Shown here: positions 28,021-39,896 of the stretch, one piece after another
Numbering within the stretch: position 1 is the stretch's first letter
How the letters are laid out: every line of letters starts with the position of its first letter
Program-made: the position numbers and the translations under genes
Notes under the pieces: generated by a model
What the model was told of the DNA's origin: nothing
Databases searched by the model: none
What the model saw: only the letters and a program-made list of their open reading frames with translations
Source of the DNA: Anthoceros angustus
Taxonomy: Eukaryota; Plantae; Anthocerotophyta
Length of the DNA stretch: 64,000 nt
Assembly (NCBI GenBank): GCA_010909165.1
Contig: MU008169.1
Span: 1,612,001 to 1,676,000, forward strand
Reading direction: 5' to 3'

Positions 28021-28692
28021 AGTTTCGTGGCCGAAACTCCTCACCCCTCGGTGATTTGATAGAGGCAATTCCCGATAATGTGCCCAAATATACACATGAT
28101 AGTCCAGTCTATTTCCGGTAAATTAGGCATCGATAGGGGCTATTCTTTCTGTTAATTATGCCGTAAATTGAGGGCTTAATTGGTTAAATACCTCGACCTA
28201 ACCTAGATGAGGCAAGCACGTTAGGGTTTCATCTGGTGACCAATTTGGCCTCAACAATTCTCACTAATTAATATATGTCCTTTCTAGGACCCCAGACTCG
28301 TCCGGAGTTACACCGATAAATGTCCGCTATATTTGAAGAAAGATATTTGGTTATAAAAAACTACATTCTACCATTAGAATTCTGATCATGAGAGCATTAA
28401 CTAGTTGCCTCTTAATCTTACTAAGGGTAAATTATTTTTAGGAGGTGAAAATCTAGATTCGGATCGCTATCACTCATTCGTATGAGATGAGAGCAATGGT
28501 GATACACTATTTATTCACCTTTTCAATAGAGAATTCTTGAAAATGACCTCTTTAGTTTAGATGAAAGTAAGAGTGATACACTACCTGTTCAACTCTTATA
28601 TAGAGAATTCTCCAAAATGGCCTCTTTGGCTCTTGAACAGACAATTCTCCAAAATGGATACATGGGGACTTACTTATGAACTCATGTAGACC

Positions 28693-30048
28693 TTAGTTAC
28701 ACTCCGCTCTTCGCTGATCTACAAGATCTAGTTGGAGCTTTTCCACAGCCTTTTCCAACTTGGCTGCCTTCTCATCGGACTCCATGGCTTCCAGTTGCCA
28801 CTTGGTCCCTGCCCTCCTTTCAGTCATCTCTTGGGCCTTGACTTCCTCCCGACATGCCCACAAGGAGGCTGCTAGCTTCCTAGCCCCCTTCGAGTCTACA
28901 TGGCTGAGTGCCTCACAAGCACTCAGCAAATCGCCTAGGGGCCCAAACTCTGCCCCCACTAGCCCCTTGCTGGACATTTCCAGCTCCCTCGCGCTCCTCG
29001 GGCCATCGCGCGGCGGTGGGGGTCCCCTCACTCATCGCCCATCCGCTCCCACCCGGCGGAAGATGGCGGCTGGCGCCATGGCTCTCGTGCCGCTTCTCCT
29101 TCCCTTCCCTACCGGCCAGGGCTGCCCTACGGCGGTGCCACGTGGGGTGCCTACCATGTAGGCCGCTCTCCCGCTGGTGCACGCCTGTGGTGGGGACCGT
29201 ACCACGATAGTCGCCTACCCACTGGTGGCTGCCTCCCCAGGTGAGGCTGAGGTGCCTCTTCCTTAGGCACCCACGAAATGGTGGGGACTCCCACCCTTGG
29301 GGTTGTCACCCCTCCGTGGTAGTCCTCCTCTCATAGACTACCATCCGGCCCTCCTCGGCCGGACCTTGCTCCTCCTCCTCTCCACGCTCTTGGGAAGGAA
29401 AGACTTCCCATTAAACCTTGTTGCCTCTACTTCCGCCCTTGGTCTGGCGTGCTTGTGGAGGTCGACCCCCATGGTTTTGTCAAGGCAAAAGGCAAGGCCT
29501 TTCCAAGCTTGGCCGAGGTGCCTCTTCCTTAGGCACCCACGAAATGGTGGGGACTCCCACCCTTGGGGTTGTCACCCCTCCTGTGGTAGTCCTCCTCTCA
29601 TAGACTACCATCCGGCCCTCCTCGGCCGGACCTTGCTCCTCCTCCTCTCCACGCTCTTGGGAAGGAAAGACTTCCCATTCCGGCAACCTTGTTGCCTCTA
29701 CTTCCTCCGCCCTTGGTCCTGGCGTGCTTGTGGAGGTCTGACCCCCCATGGTTTTTGTCAAGGCAAAAGGCAAGGCCTTTCCAAGCTTGGCTGGAGGTGG
29801 ATTATTTCCGAAGGATGCCAAGCATCCTCCAGCTCCTTGCTGGTGAGGAGCCCCTCGGTCTCCCACAAGTGCACCAAATAGGTGCTGAGATAACAGGGCC
29901 TTGGCTCTTCCTCATCCACCGAATTTGGCCTAAGGAGCTTCTCCCTGTGGTGGATATAAGCCTCATACATTATGGTGCCCCAATCCGGCTTAATGCGCAA
30001 ATAAAAAGCATGGTATCCCGTAAATATACATAGAACGTTGAACAACAT
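28693..30048 (-). mobile_element. Degenerate TE-associated ORF with an internal tandem duplication of about 266 bp (29249-29792)
   Basis: Frameshifted low-complexity frames; DWGTIMYEAY...PRPCYLSTYLVHLWETEGLL resembles the 34797 ORF; coiled-coil tail AAKLEKAVEKLQLDL. Confidence 0.55.
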
Positions 30049-30472
30049 ACACTATGTGGTGGAGGGATGCGATGAGAATGCGTGCCCCTTTAACAATGGA
30101 GCGGTCGACATGAGTTCAAACCTCGTAGACATTTATCTCAATTTTTACAATAGTTTTGCACAAAAAGTTGTACATAGTATTACTTTTATATGTGGTCGCC
30201 TCTTAACACATGCACATCTCTTCAGTAATTTTATTTCTAAGGATTTATCTCAAGGATTATAAATATTTGAATAGTTCTAAAATTTGGGCAACTTTCTTTA
30301 TCATCGAGAGTTTACAATGTTCATTGTCATACATTCATCGAGCAATGTCATCTTTTAGGCTATATATGTGTGTGTGTAGCTCTCACATAAACAATCTTTT
30401 GTTGCTTTGCATAATTCTAAGCTTGCAAGCGTGTTGACGTTGCTAATAGCGATGGTAGGATGGAACTTGTCC

Positions 30473-31045
30473 ATGGCTTCTTGTGCGATTGTCACCTTGG
30501 TGCTTTGTTTGTGCAACATTATAGATGGCGCAAGAGCTCTTTCCACAGCCAATGAGACCAGTCCTATTGATGATCTTTCAGCTCTTATAACACATGAGTT
30601 TTGGTCCACGTTTAATGGGGACACGAATTATAACATATCTTTTCGTAAGCCTTCCTACTTTTGTGATATTATCTCTTGTTCCTTGCGTAGGATGTCTTTA
30701 CTAATTCTGTGGGCATCTTGATCTACAGCACCTCACAATCCTTGCAAGAATCTAGACTATTCAAAGATTGACTTAGCCAATGGCAAGTGGTTTGTCGTTG
30801 ATGATGCGAGCTACCGTTACTTTACATGCGGGAGTCTGTATTATCTTTGCCAAGCTGTATCAAATGTAGCGCCTCCTTACAAATGCAGTGCTCATCGAAG
30901 CATGGCACAGTTTGTGGGTGGTCTCAGCTGTGACGGAAAGCCAAACTGTCGTGTCAATATGGTGTCATCTTTCCTTACATGGGTAGAGATGCATGCAGAT
31001 CAAAATTCGCCCCCATTTATCAAGGAGTATGAATTTGTTGAGTAA
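30473..31045 (+). CDS. Predicted orphan secreted Cys-rich protein, 162 aa, two exons (30473-30644, 30729-31045)
   Basis: Signal-peptide-like MASCAIVTLVLCLCNIIDGARA; an 84-bp intron with GTAAGC donor, CTAAT branch point and TACAG acceptor removes the in-frame TGA; exon 2 is open for 104 codons with 6 Cys; TATATA at about 30361. Confidence 0.6.
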
Positions 31046-31351
31046 GATTTTCAACTTTCATGTTTTATATTATGCTGTTAAAAAATGATCACCAATAGAA
31101 TATCCTGACATGTATGTTGGAATCATGCTTGGTGTAGGGGACCTTTGTAAAGAGGACATACCCGGGCGGGTTCGGCACCTATCCAATGATGTGATACATA
31201 TTGTGATATGCATTTTTTATTATAAAAATTGAATATATTTGTCTTTGAATAAATATAGTTTTTATGTTTGTATCCCATTATTGAAAAAATAAATGGCCTT
31301 TTTTTGTTTAGTCCACTCTGAACACATGCACAAGCACACATGCACTCTTCT

Positions 31352-31528
31352 GTCTGCCCTCTAAACGTCAGTCATTCTTGCACATCTGCCAGTGTGCGCA
31401 AGATTATTGGTGTCAAACCTACACAACAAATTCTCCCCGTTGGCTTAACGGCTCCTCTAGCATTTCACCTTTCAGGATGTCCACCAGCTTACACAAATGA
31501 TCCTGATCTACTTCATGGATGAACATGG
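31352..31528 (-). pseudogene. Isolated diverged fragment of the COG3 coding sequence (copy of about 22862-23037)
   Basis: GTCAGTC(A/G)TTCTTGCACATCTGCCAGTGTGCGCAAGATT...ATTCTCCCCGT...ATGTCCACCAG...ATGAA aligns colinearly with COG3. Confidence 0.85.
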
Positions 31529-31685
31529 GAGCAATGTATGTGCAAAAAGGGCTTATTCCGCTCTTTTCGGCTTTGCTGTTAAAATGATCGATATCCTGGC
31601 ATAGGAATGTAAAAACTAGCCTTCATAACATCCCTATGTTTATGGATTTTAGGCTATAACAAATGAAATTAACAATATTTGGCAT

Positions 31686-32201
31686 CTATGAGGTGGGAAT
31701 TGGCCACCCTACCGCAAGCATCCATGGAAAGTACCAGCGTAGAATGACATTTGCAGGGACAGACAACGGGTTTTGTTGTTGGCAAGTATCCATACTAGTG
31801 TTAGTTATAGTCATAGTCTCTGAAGATGGTAGGGACTCAGTAGCCGGGAATATGGGGTTGCGACGGTATATACCAGCGCACTCAAATTTACAACTACCTT
31901 TTTTCTCATTCCTCGGCCAGAAACAGGTAGGGATATGTGTTCCGTTTTCATATACACCGCATAAACAACCAGCACTACGGCCTAGTGCGACTGGCAATTG
32001 CAGGCCTTGGTGACTACGGCGGGGAATGGGCAAATTGTTTTTCCGACAGTATTCCGGGGTATGCACAAATGAACACCTTAAAACAACGATTGCTTTTATT
32101 ATGAGCGTGAGGGGAATGGGCAAACTGTAGGCCACTTCATCAGCAAAGTCTAGGCTAATTGAAACGAACAAGTATGAGTTGTCGAAAAATGCCCTTTCCA
32201 T
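31686..32201 (-). CDS. Hypothetical 171-aa ORF, unrecognised
   Basis: ATG start, TATAAATA about 15 nt upstream, Cys cluster, AT-rich context; no family motif recognised. Confidence 0.25.
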   Translation of the reverse strand: MERAFFDNSYLFVSISLDFADEVAYSLPIPLTLIIKAIVVLRCSFVHTPEYCRKNNLPIPRRSHQGLQLPVALGRSAGCLCGVYENGTHIPTCFWPRNEKKGSCKFECAGIYRRNPIFPATESLPSSETMTITNTSMDTCQQQNPLSVPANVILRWYFPWMLAVGWPIPTS

Positions 32202-32529
32202 TCGGAAGGCTGGTATTTATAATGGATAGTTATCGTTTTCTCTTCTTTAAACTCCCAGTTAACTAACACGGCATCTCTACTTGTCTAGTCATCCACTTAA
32301 CATGCTTACGCATGCTTGACAAGGCATAACGCGCCTGACGCGTTCGTGCTCCTTCCTATCCATAATATTTATCTATTATATTTTTATTTACTTAAATACC
32401 CATAATTACATAATTCATATATTTGCTGCACTAATGATAGGCTAGCGCGAACATTATTTCAAAATAGAAGGTTCCACAAAAACATGTATGCAGCTACAAT
32501 CTGCAACTGAATTCCCTACTAGAAATGGG

Positions 32530-33300
32530 CACCCTATGTTACAGTCGATGTTGCAATTTTTTGTTACACTTCCACATTGCAACATGTTTTGGAGGCTTGG
32601 TATTAAGTTTGTCAGTTCTGTCCCCGTTTGGTGCAGCCATCTTAACACGAACCTGGCGCTCTCTCTTCCCACCTCACCCTTATGGATACACCCTCTCTCT
32701 CACAAGCATTATTAATAATTTCCCACTTGCCCGTTACAGTCGTTGTTGCAATTTTATGTAACACTTCCAACTTGCAACACGTTTTGATGACCTGGTGTTC
32801 ACTTGGTCAATTTTTTCTCTTCCTTCTCCCACCATCCTAACACAATGCTTGGTCTCTCACTTCATGTACCACTTCAAAATTGCAACACTCTTTGGTGGCT
32901 TGGTGTTCAAGGTGTCAATTTCTTATCCACCTTCTCACACCATCTTAACACAATGCTTGGTCTCTCTCCTCTCACCTCACCCTGCTAGTTATTGCTCCCC
33001 TTATCACACCCTTTTTATACTCTTTCACTTCTTCTCCACCATCATGATTGTGAGGAGGAGCTCCCCTATCACAACCATTTTATTCTCTTCCCATCTTCCT
33101 CTTGTAACATGATTGTAACAAGGACCTCTCTCTCCCACGGGGGGTATCCTTCTCTTCCTATTTTACCTCCTTTGCATATCCTTTGTATATGTAAGTATGT
33201 GTACATATATATGTACACATCCTTCTGTTATACTTATATTATATTAGTGTACTTATATGTACCTCCTTTGTATACGTATATACGTATATAGGCTTCAAGA
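32530..33300. repeat. Diverged AT-rich tandem repeats and (TATATGTA)-like low complexity; probable TE remnant
   Basis: GTTACAGTCG(A/T)TGTTGCAATTTT...CACTTCCA...TTGCAACA recurs at about 32539, 32732 and partially at 32865. Confidence 0.55.
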
Positions 33301-34136
33301 CTTGTTTATGTACTAATATGTATGTGCTAACCCTTACGTCACTCTCATACCTTGCATATATAAATGTTTGATTTTATTGACAAATTAATTGGAATTTTTG
33401 GACACTTCAAGCGTCCTCTATCCTTTTCAGCTTTGTTGTCACTGATGCCATTGGCTTTAACTACGAACATGTGCGTCTTTCAAGTGATATGAACATATGC
33501 GTCTTGCGTGCAATACAAACATGTGCCTCTAAACTGAAGCGACGCGACGTCACTTGGTGACTCTTGAGACCAACACCATTGTTTTGAGGTTCCTCCACAA
33601 CTTCCTAGACCTATCCAGACCTCAATTACCACTTTAACGGCAGAGGACCCCTGTAAATGCTAGGCTACAAAGGTGGGAAGACCAATTTCCTTTGTTTGTT
33701 GCTGATTGACTGTGGGCTACGGACTTCCCTTGGGGTTAGGAAATAAGTTGGGTTTTGTTTTTTTCGTAGGTCCGAAGTGTAAAATAAGGCGGAAAAGGAG
33801 GAATAAGCACGGACGGCACTCTGGACTGTGCTCCGGAGTGCACTCCGGACTCCGGAGTAGGTAACGGACCCCGGTACCACTAGAAGGACCTCGGACCGCG
33901 CACCGGAGTATCGGGATAAGTCCGGACCCCACTCCGGGTCAAAACAGGATAAGTACGCCAGGGAAAGTAACTTAGAAGTTGGGGCGTGAGTTAGACAGAT
34001 CGGCGCCACGTGGACGGCCCTGAATGGAAGACGGGCATCTGAGCCGGGGCCGTAGCCTTGCAGTTATAGCGGTATTCACGCTCCAGCGTCTTCGCGGCGT
34101 AAGGCCGAGTAGGCGGGCGTAAGGCGAGAGTAAGCC

Positions 34137-35651
34137 ATGCGGGCCCCGATAGTTACGGACAAGAGCCACCCTCCGCGCCATGTGGAGGTGGAGGCCACAA
34201 GGAGGCGGAAGCGTAAGGCGAGGTCATTCTCCCAAGTAACCCGCGATCTTCGCCGCTCGCTCGAACACCCGGCCCTATGGCATTATGCTTTGATCGCCAG
34301 CACCCTTGGCGCGGCTCGACTTGAAGGAAGCAATTGACGCCGCCGCCAAGGAGGCGGAAGGGCCGCCCCTAGCGGACTTCTTGGGGGCCTCACACTCAGC
34401 AGGACAAAAGGAGCGGGAAGATGGGACCCAAGAAAGCGGCGGAGGTATGGGCGCCATGGAACTTGGTGGAGCGCAACATTGTCACCCGGCGCTATCTCGG
34501 ACTTGAGCCATGGTGGAGGAGGCGGGGAGTTGGTCGAGGAGTGGCACTGGGCGTTTTCAGTTGTCTGGACATTGTGATGTCACCCTAGTCAGAAATGCGG
34601 AAGATGTTGGCGGCCAACAAGGAGGTTCGTCTAAGAGCCTTGAGAGGACCCGGAGGTGGACCTTGGAGGTCCGAGGCGGTGTACAACCGCCCAGCGGAGG
34701 AAATTGGGGGCGTAGTCCCAGAACCTCTCAAGGCCAGAGGGAAGATAGGCGGCAAAGGCGCCCCTCGGCCGAGGCATAGCAGACAACCAGCGGTGGTTGA
34801 TGGCGGAGTTGCTAGACCGGAGGGTGCGAGCAGTGGCCAGGATAATTGTCCACTGGAACATGCTCACCAAGGTAGATCACCTTGGTGACAATCTGCTGGT
34901 GTTCCTGCATGCGCTGCAGAGAGGAAGGAGGGCAGACTGGGGAAGGATCATCTTCGCCAGTATCAATCAGGAAGCTCTTCAGCTGAGGTGTGAGAAGCCT
35001 CGTCCGTCGGCGTTATCGCCGTTCTTAATTCATGTGTGGGGGCACGCGAACCTCCTGAAGGAGGGAGAAGAGGAGCGCGCACTCCGGAAGGGACTGGCCG
35101 CCCTACCGGAGGCAGAAGGAAGAACCCAGGAGGTGGAAGCCCGGCCCGTCCGGAGCAAGAGAGCGCGGGAGGAAGACGACTGGGAGGGAATCCCAGACTC
35201 CATACGTTTGGAGCGGACTCCCTCGCCACCAAGGGAAGTGTGGGAGGACATCCCCGCTTCCCTCCTCCTGGTGCCCCATCGGGCGGCCGGTCAGGCGGCC
35301 CAGGCGGGGAGGCGGCCCAGGCGGAAGGCAGTGCCACCCGCCAACGGAGTGGCAAGAAGGCGGCGGCAGCGGCCCGGCCGGACTCGTCGGGGACCGAAAA
35401 GCGGAAGGCAGTGCCACCCATACGCACCGGGAGGCGGCCCGGCGCCCATGCCCTTGCCCCGCCAACGGAGTGGCAAGAAGTCAAGAGGCGGTGAGAAGGC
35501 GGAAAGGGCCGCCAAGGAGGCGGGGAGGCCAGCGGCCCCGGGCGGTCACATCTCCGGCGGGAGAGGCAAGAGGTCGGCTCGAACCCCTCACCCCTCAAGG
35601 CCCCGAGAAAGAGGCGAACAAGGTGGCGGCCAAGAGGGCCAAAGAAGGTGA
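34137..35651 (+). mobile_element. GC-rich TE-associated ORF (frameshifted 5' part plus a 284-codon frame), probably an extra ORF of an LTR retrotransposon
   Basis: RADWGRIIFASINQEAL...PRPSALSPFLIHVWGHANLL followed by a low-complexity tail; no RT/IN motif seen. Confidence 0.55.
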
Positions 35652-37803
35652 GGCTCGGACCTCGGTACTCGGGACCTAAGGGTCCCGATTAGGTCCGAGA
35701 GAGCCCGGACTCGCTCGGGGCTGCAGTATGGAGGTCCTTGGCGAGAGAGATGCCCGCCCCTAGCGGACTTCTTGGGGGCCTCACTGGCGCCGTGGAAGAG
35801 ACACGGGTCACAGCTACCGTCATGGACGGTATGCTCTCAGGTCTCTGGGCCGAGAAGACCCGAGGTGGAGGCCACAAGGAGGCGCATGGTGCTCCTCCGG
35901 GGAGCACATGGAGGCGGCCAGGAGGCGGAGGAAGGCGGAAGCTCTCGGCCGCATCGAGGAGGAGGCCGAGGGAAGTCCGTCCATTCAGCGGGACGGACTA
36001 AGTTTCTTCAGTGGGTGGCGGTGAAGCGAACATAGGAGGCCCAAGCACGAGCCGAGGATCTCTCGACGAAGGAGGAGGCGCAGCAGAGGCGGAGAGGGCT
36101 CGCGACCCGAGGTGGAGGAGGCGGCCCCTGGCCCAACATCGGACCAGTGAGGCTCGGTGAAGGCGGCGGAGGAAGCCGGAGGAGGAGGTCGGCCGGGATC
36201 ACTATCGGCGTGATCGGGCGGGTGGAGGAGGCAATTTGGGAGTGGCCGCAGCCAACTGAAGGCCGAGGCGGTGAGCGCAGTCGAGCCGTGAGGAGGCGCT
36301 GGAGGTCGGCCACGGGAGATAGGGGACCTCGAGTGCAGTGCAGGAGGTAGAAGGCGGCGGGAGGCTGGAGGGCCAAGAAGGTGAGGCTCCGGACCTACTC
36401 GGGACCTAAGGGTCCCGATTAGGTCCGAGAGCCCGACGGACTCGCTCGGGGCTGCAGTATGGAGGTCCTTGGCGGACCGAGAGATGCCCCCGCGGACTTC
36501 TTGGGGGCCTCACTGGCGCCGTGGAAGAGACACGGGTCACAGCTACCGTCATGGACGGTATGCTCTGGGTCTCTGGGCCGAGAAGACCCGAGGTGGAGGC
36601 CACAAGGCGCATGGTGCTCCTCCGGGGAGCACATGGGCGGCCCGGGAGGCGAGGAAGGCGGAAGCTCTCGGCCGCATCGAGGAGGAAGCGGGAGGCGAAA
36701 ATCTGGTCCATTCAGCGGGGCCGGACTAAGTTTCTTCAGTGGGTGGCGGTGAGCGAACATAGGAGGCCCAAGCACGAGCCGAGGATCTCTGCCGAAGGAG
36801 GAGGCCGCAGAGGCGGAGAGGGCTCGCGACCTAGTGAGGCGGCCCACCGCCCAACATCGGACCAGTGAGGCTCGGTGAAGGCGGCGGGAGGTGGAGGAAG
36901 CCGTGAGGAGGCGGGAGGTCGGCCGGGATCACTATCGGCGTGATCGGGCGGGTGGAGGGAGGCAATTTGGGAGTGGCCGCAGCCAACTCAAGGCCGAGCG
37001 GTGAGCGCAGTCGAGCCGTGAGGAGGCGCTGGAGGTCGGCCACGGGAGATAGGGGACCTCGAGTGCAGTGCAGGAGGTAGAAGGCGGCGGGAGGCTGGAG
37101 GGCCAAAGAAGGTGAGGCTCCGGACCTACTCGGGACCTAAGGGTCCCGATTAGGTCCGAGAGCCCGACTCGCTCCGATCGTATGGAGGTCCTTGGCGGAG
37201 AGATGCCCCGCCCCCACAGGACTTCTTGGGGGCCTCACTGGCGCCGTGGAAGAGACACGGGTCACAGCTACCGTCATGGACGGTATGCTCTGGGTCTCGG
37301 ACTACCGAGAAGACCCGGAGGTGGAGGCCACAAGGAGGCGCATGGTGCTCCTCCGTGAGCACATGGAGGCGGCCCAGAGGCGAGGAGGAAGGCGGAAGCT
37401 CGGCCGCATCGAGGAGGAAGCCGGAGGCCGAAGAAGTCCGTCCATTCAGCGGGACGGACTAAGTTTCTTCACCGGGTGAGCAAAGGTGCATAGGAGGCCC
37501 AAGCACGAGCCGAGGATCTCTGCCGACGAAGGAGGGAGGCGCAGCAGGAGGCGGAGAGGGCTCGCGACCCGAGGCGGCCCACCGCCCAACATCGACCCGA
37601 GGTGGAGGCCACAAGGAGGGAGGCGGAAGCCGGAAGGTCGGCCGGGATCACTATCGACGTGATCGGAACCGGTGGAGGAGGAGGCGGGAGGTGGAGGCCA
37701 CAAGGAGGCGGAGGAGGAGGCCCAAGCACGAGCCGTGAGGAGGCGCTGGAGGTCGACCGGGAGATAGGGGACCTCGAGTGCAGTGCAGGAGGTAGAAGGC
37801 GGA
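35636..37803 (+). repeat. Tandem array of about 732 bp, 3 indel-rich copies
   Basis: GGCCAA(A)GAAGGTGAGGCTC...GGACCTAAGGGTCCCGATTAGGTCCGAGA starts at 35636, 36370 and 37100. Confidence 0.9.
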
Positions 37804-38160
37804 AGCCGGAGGACAAGGATACCTTGGGCTGCAACTCCAAGGCGCATTAAAGCGTGAGGGGTTCTCAACGAGAGAATCCAAGACTTGACGGGAGATAGAG
37901 CGCCCAGCCCGCTTGAAGACGGAGGAGAATGCGACGGTGCAAGGAGTTCGGCGTCGCGAGGCGGCGGAGGAAGCCGAGTCGGACGGGGATCTACCGCTGG
38001 AGAAGGAAGTGGCGGACCTCGGGAAAGGATAAGCGGAGGAAGAAAGCCTTGGAGGAGGCGGAAGCTCGGCCGCATCGAGGAGGAAGCGAGGGCTCGGCTC
38101 CATGGCCCATAAGCGGAGGAGGCTGGAGCAGCAGCAGGAGGAGGAGGTACATATGGGTTG

Positions 38161-38501
38161 AGAAGATGTCGACAAAGTTCTCGCGGAGAAGCGAGGAGAA
38201 GCAAAGCTTTGTGCATGCAGGTGATGGCTCGGTCGAGAAAGGTGAATTGCGGTCCTCGGCGAGGCGCGACATCTGGCGGAAAGCATCCTCTTCTGAAATG
38301 CGAATCTGGAGAAAGAGTGAGTGGTATGAGGCGGGCATGGCCTTGGCGGTATGGAGGAGGATGCCCTTACTTGTGGTCACTGGCCGCCAGCTGGTTGTCT
38401 TCGCCTGCTAGTAGGGAGCAATCGGCGAGTTCCCCTCACATTCGGCGCAAACGTGGAGGATACTCTGCGTGCTGCTCTCACCGGTGGGCATCGGAAGGGA
38501 G
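38161..38501 (+). pseudogene. Diverged partial copy of the 5' UTR and first exon of the GT31 gene (39997-40368)
   Basis: AGAAGATGTC...GAGGAGAAGCAAAG...GGATGCCCTTACTTGTGG...GCGCAAACGTGGAGGATACTCTGCGTGCTGCTCTC...GGAAGGGAG is present in both. Confidence 0.9.
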
Positions 38502-38505
38502 TGAG

Positions 38506-38665
38506 TGTTGGGCGTTGGCCGCCATTGTTAGGCGTTGATTGGGCGCCATAGTTGGACGTTGGGCGCCATTGTTGGGCGTTAATTGGACACCATATTTGGG
38601 TGTTGGACACCATTGTTAGGTGTTGGGCGGCATTGTTGGGCGTTAATTGGGCGCCATAGTTGGGC
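38506..38665 (+). repeat. Short degenerate tandem repeat (TTGGGCG(C/T)CATTG / GGCGTTAATTGG motifs)
   Basis: Motif reiterated more than 6 times. Confidence 0.75.
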
Positions 38666-39091
38666 TCGCAAAAACAAAATTTGATTGAAAGCAAAAGATG
38701 AAAAGTATTGAAAACTCATCGATGAAAAGATGACATACAAAAAGTTTTTGATAATGCAGAGACTACTGGAGAGATTGGGTCTGATGATGGAAATGAGAGA
38801 CTGGTTTTCTTACTCGATTTCAGATGAATTTTGAAGTGTGAAAGAGGTTGAAGTCCTAGCTTTGATATTCAAGGAGACATTTAATGTTGAACCTTCCAAG
38901 GTGGTGACTATACTCATTTTGTGTGATTCATTTACAACCATTGCATAACAATTATGTGAAACTTTTAGGGATCAATTAAAGAACAAAATTTATCCACCTT
39001 CTTAGAAAGTTACATTCTTTCTTTACAAGAAAAAACAAGAGCTGTTTAAAAGGCCATAAATTTAAAAAGAGGAAAAGAATAACCTTACCAG

Positions 39092-39533
39092 TAATGCCCC
39101 TCACTGCGCAGCAAGTAAGGAAGCGACAAGTGTTGGCTTCCCAGTGGTCTAGGACCTCGCCAATTCACTCCACAAAAGACTTGCACAATTCTTAGCGCTC
39201 TCAACCTCACAACACAGCACTAGGCTTTAAGTAGCCCGCTATCCACTGACGACTCGTAGGCCACCTCCTTGAGGTGCTGCTCTTTATTACAAGAATACAA
39301 CGATGGAATCTGGCTATCTACGCCTATCTACGCCCAATTGGCTACTGCCCTTGATTCAAGGACAAGCTCACTAGCTAGCTCTTCACAGCTCTCTCAACAC
39401 AAGGCTTGCAGCGCACACTTGCCTGCTATCTCTCAAAGAGTGAGTCTTATCTTCTCAAAGTCCTTGCTCTAGCCCTTATATACCCCGCAGCTTGACCTTA
39501 ACTAGGCAGCTACTAAATCTAGGGATTCTTACA
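39092..39533. mobile_element. Probable solo LTR, about 440 bp
   Basis: (T)GTAATGCCCC...GGGATTCTTACA imperfect inverted termini; flanks TACCA / GACCA (4 of 5 TSD match). Confidence 0.5.
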
Positions 39534-39896
39534 GACCACTGATCATTACGAGTCCTCTCTAGGCAGCTCTTTATTTGTGGTTATAGCAATTCCTCTTTAA
39601 GAGGAGATTGCATTAACTGCATAAAGCATACAACACATGCATCTTCTCAACAGGGCAACTACTGACTTAATTTTTTACCTCTTTCAACTTTTCATCTTTC
39701 TACCTTATTTCACTAGTACCATTACTCTATTGTCAATACATGTAATAGGAAACTAGGAGTGATAGTTAATTTATTTATAATTTGAAGCTCTTTTGCCATT
39801 CCTTTTTTAACACTACTTCAAACCACCGTAAAGACTGCACCGAGCGAGGAGTTGCACCACCGTAAATAACGTACATAATTAACATCTTTCCTAGCT

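Noticed and set aside
30645-30690. Alternative 46-bp intron (acceptor at 30690) for the orphan gene
   Set aside because: It gives a stop after 4 codons; the 30728 acceptor has a branch point and keeps the frame.
35636-38665. CRISPR-like or prokaryotic repeat-spacer array
   Set aside because: Units are contiguous tandem copies without unique spacers, there are no cas genes, and the context is eukaryotic.
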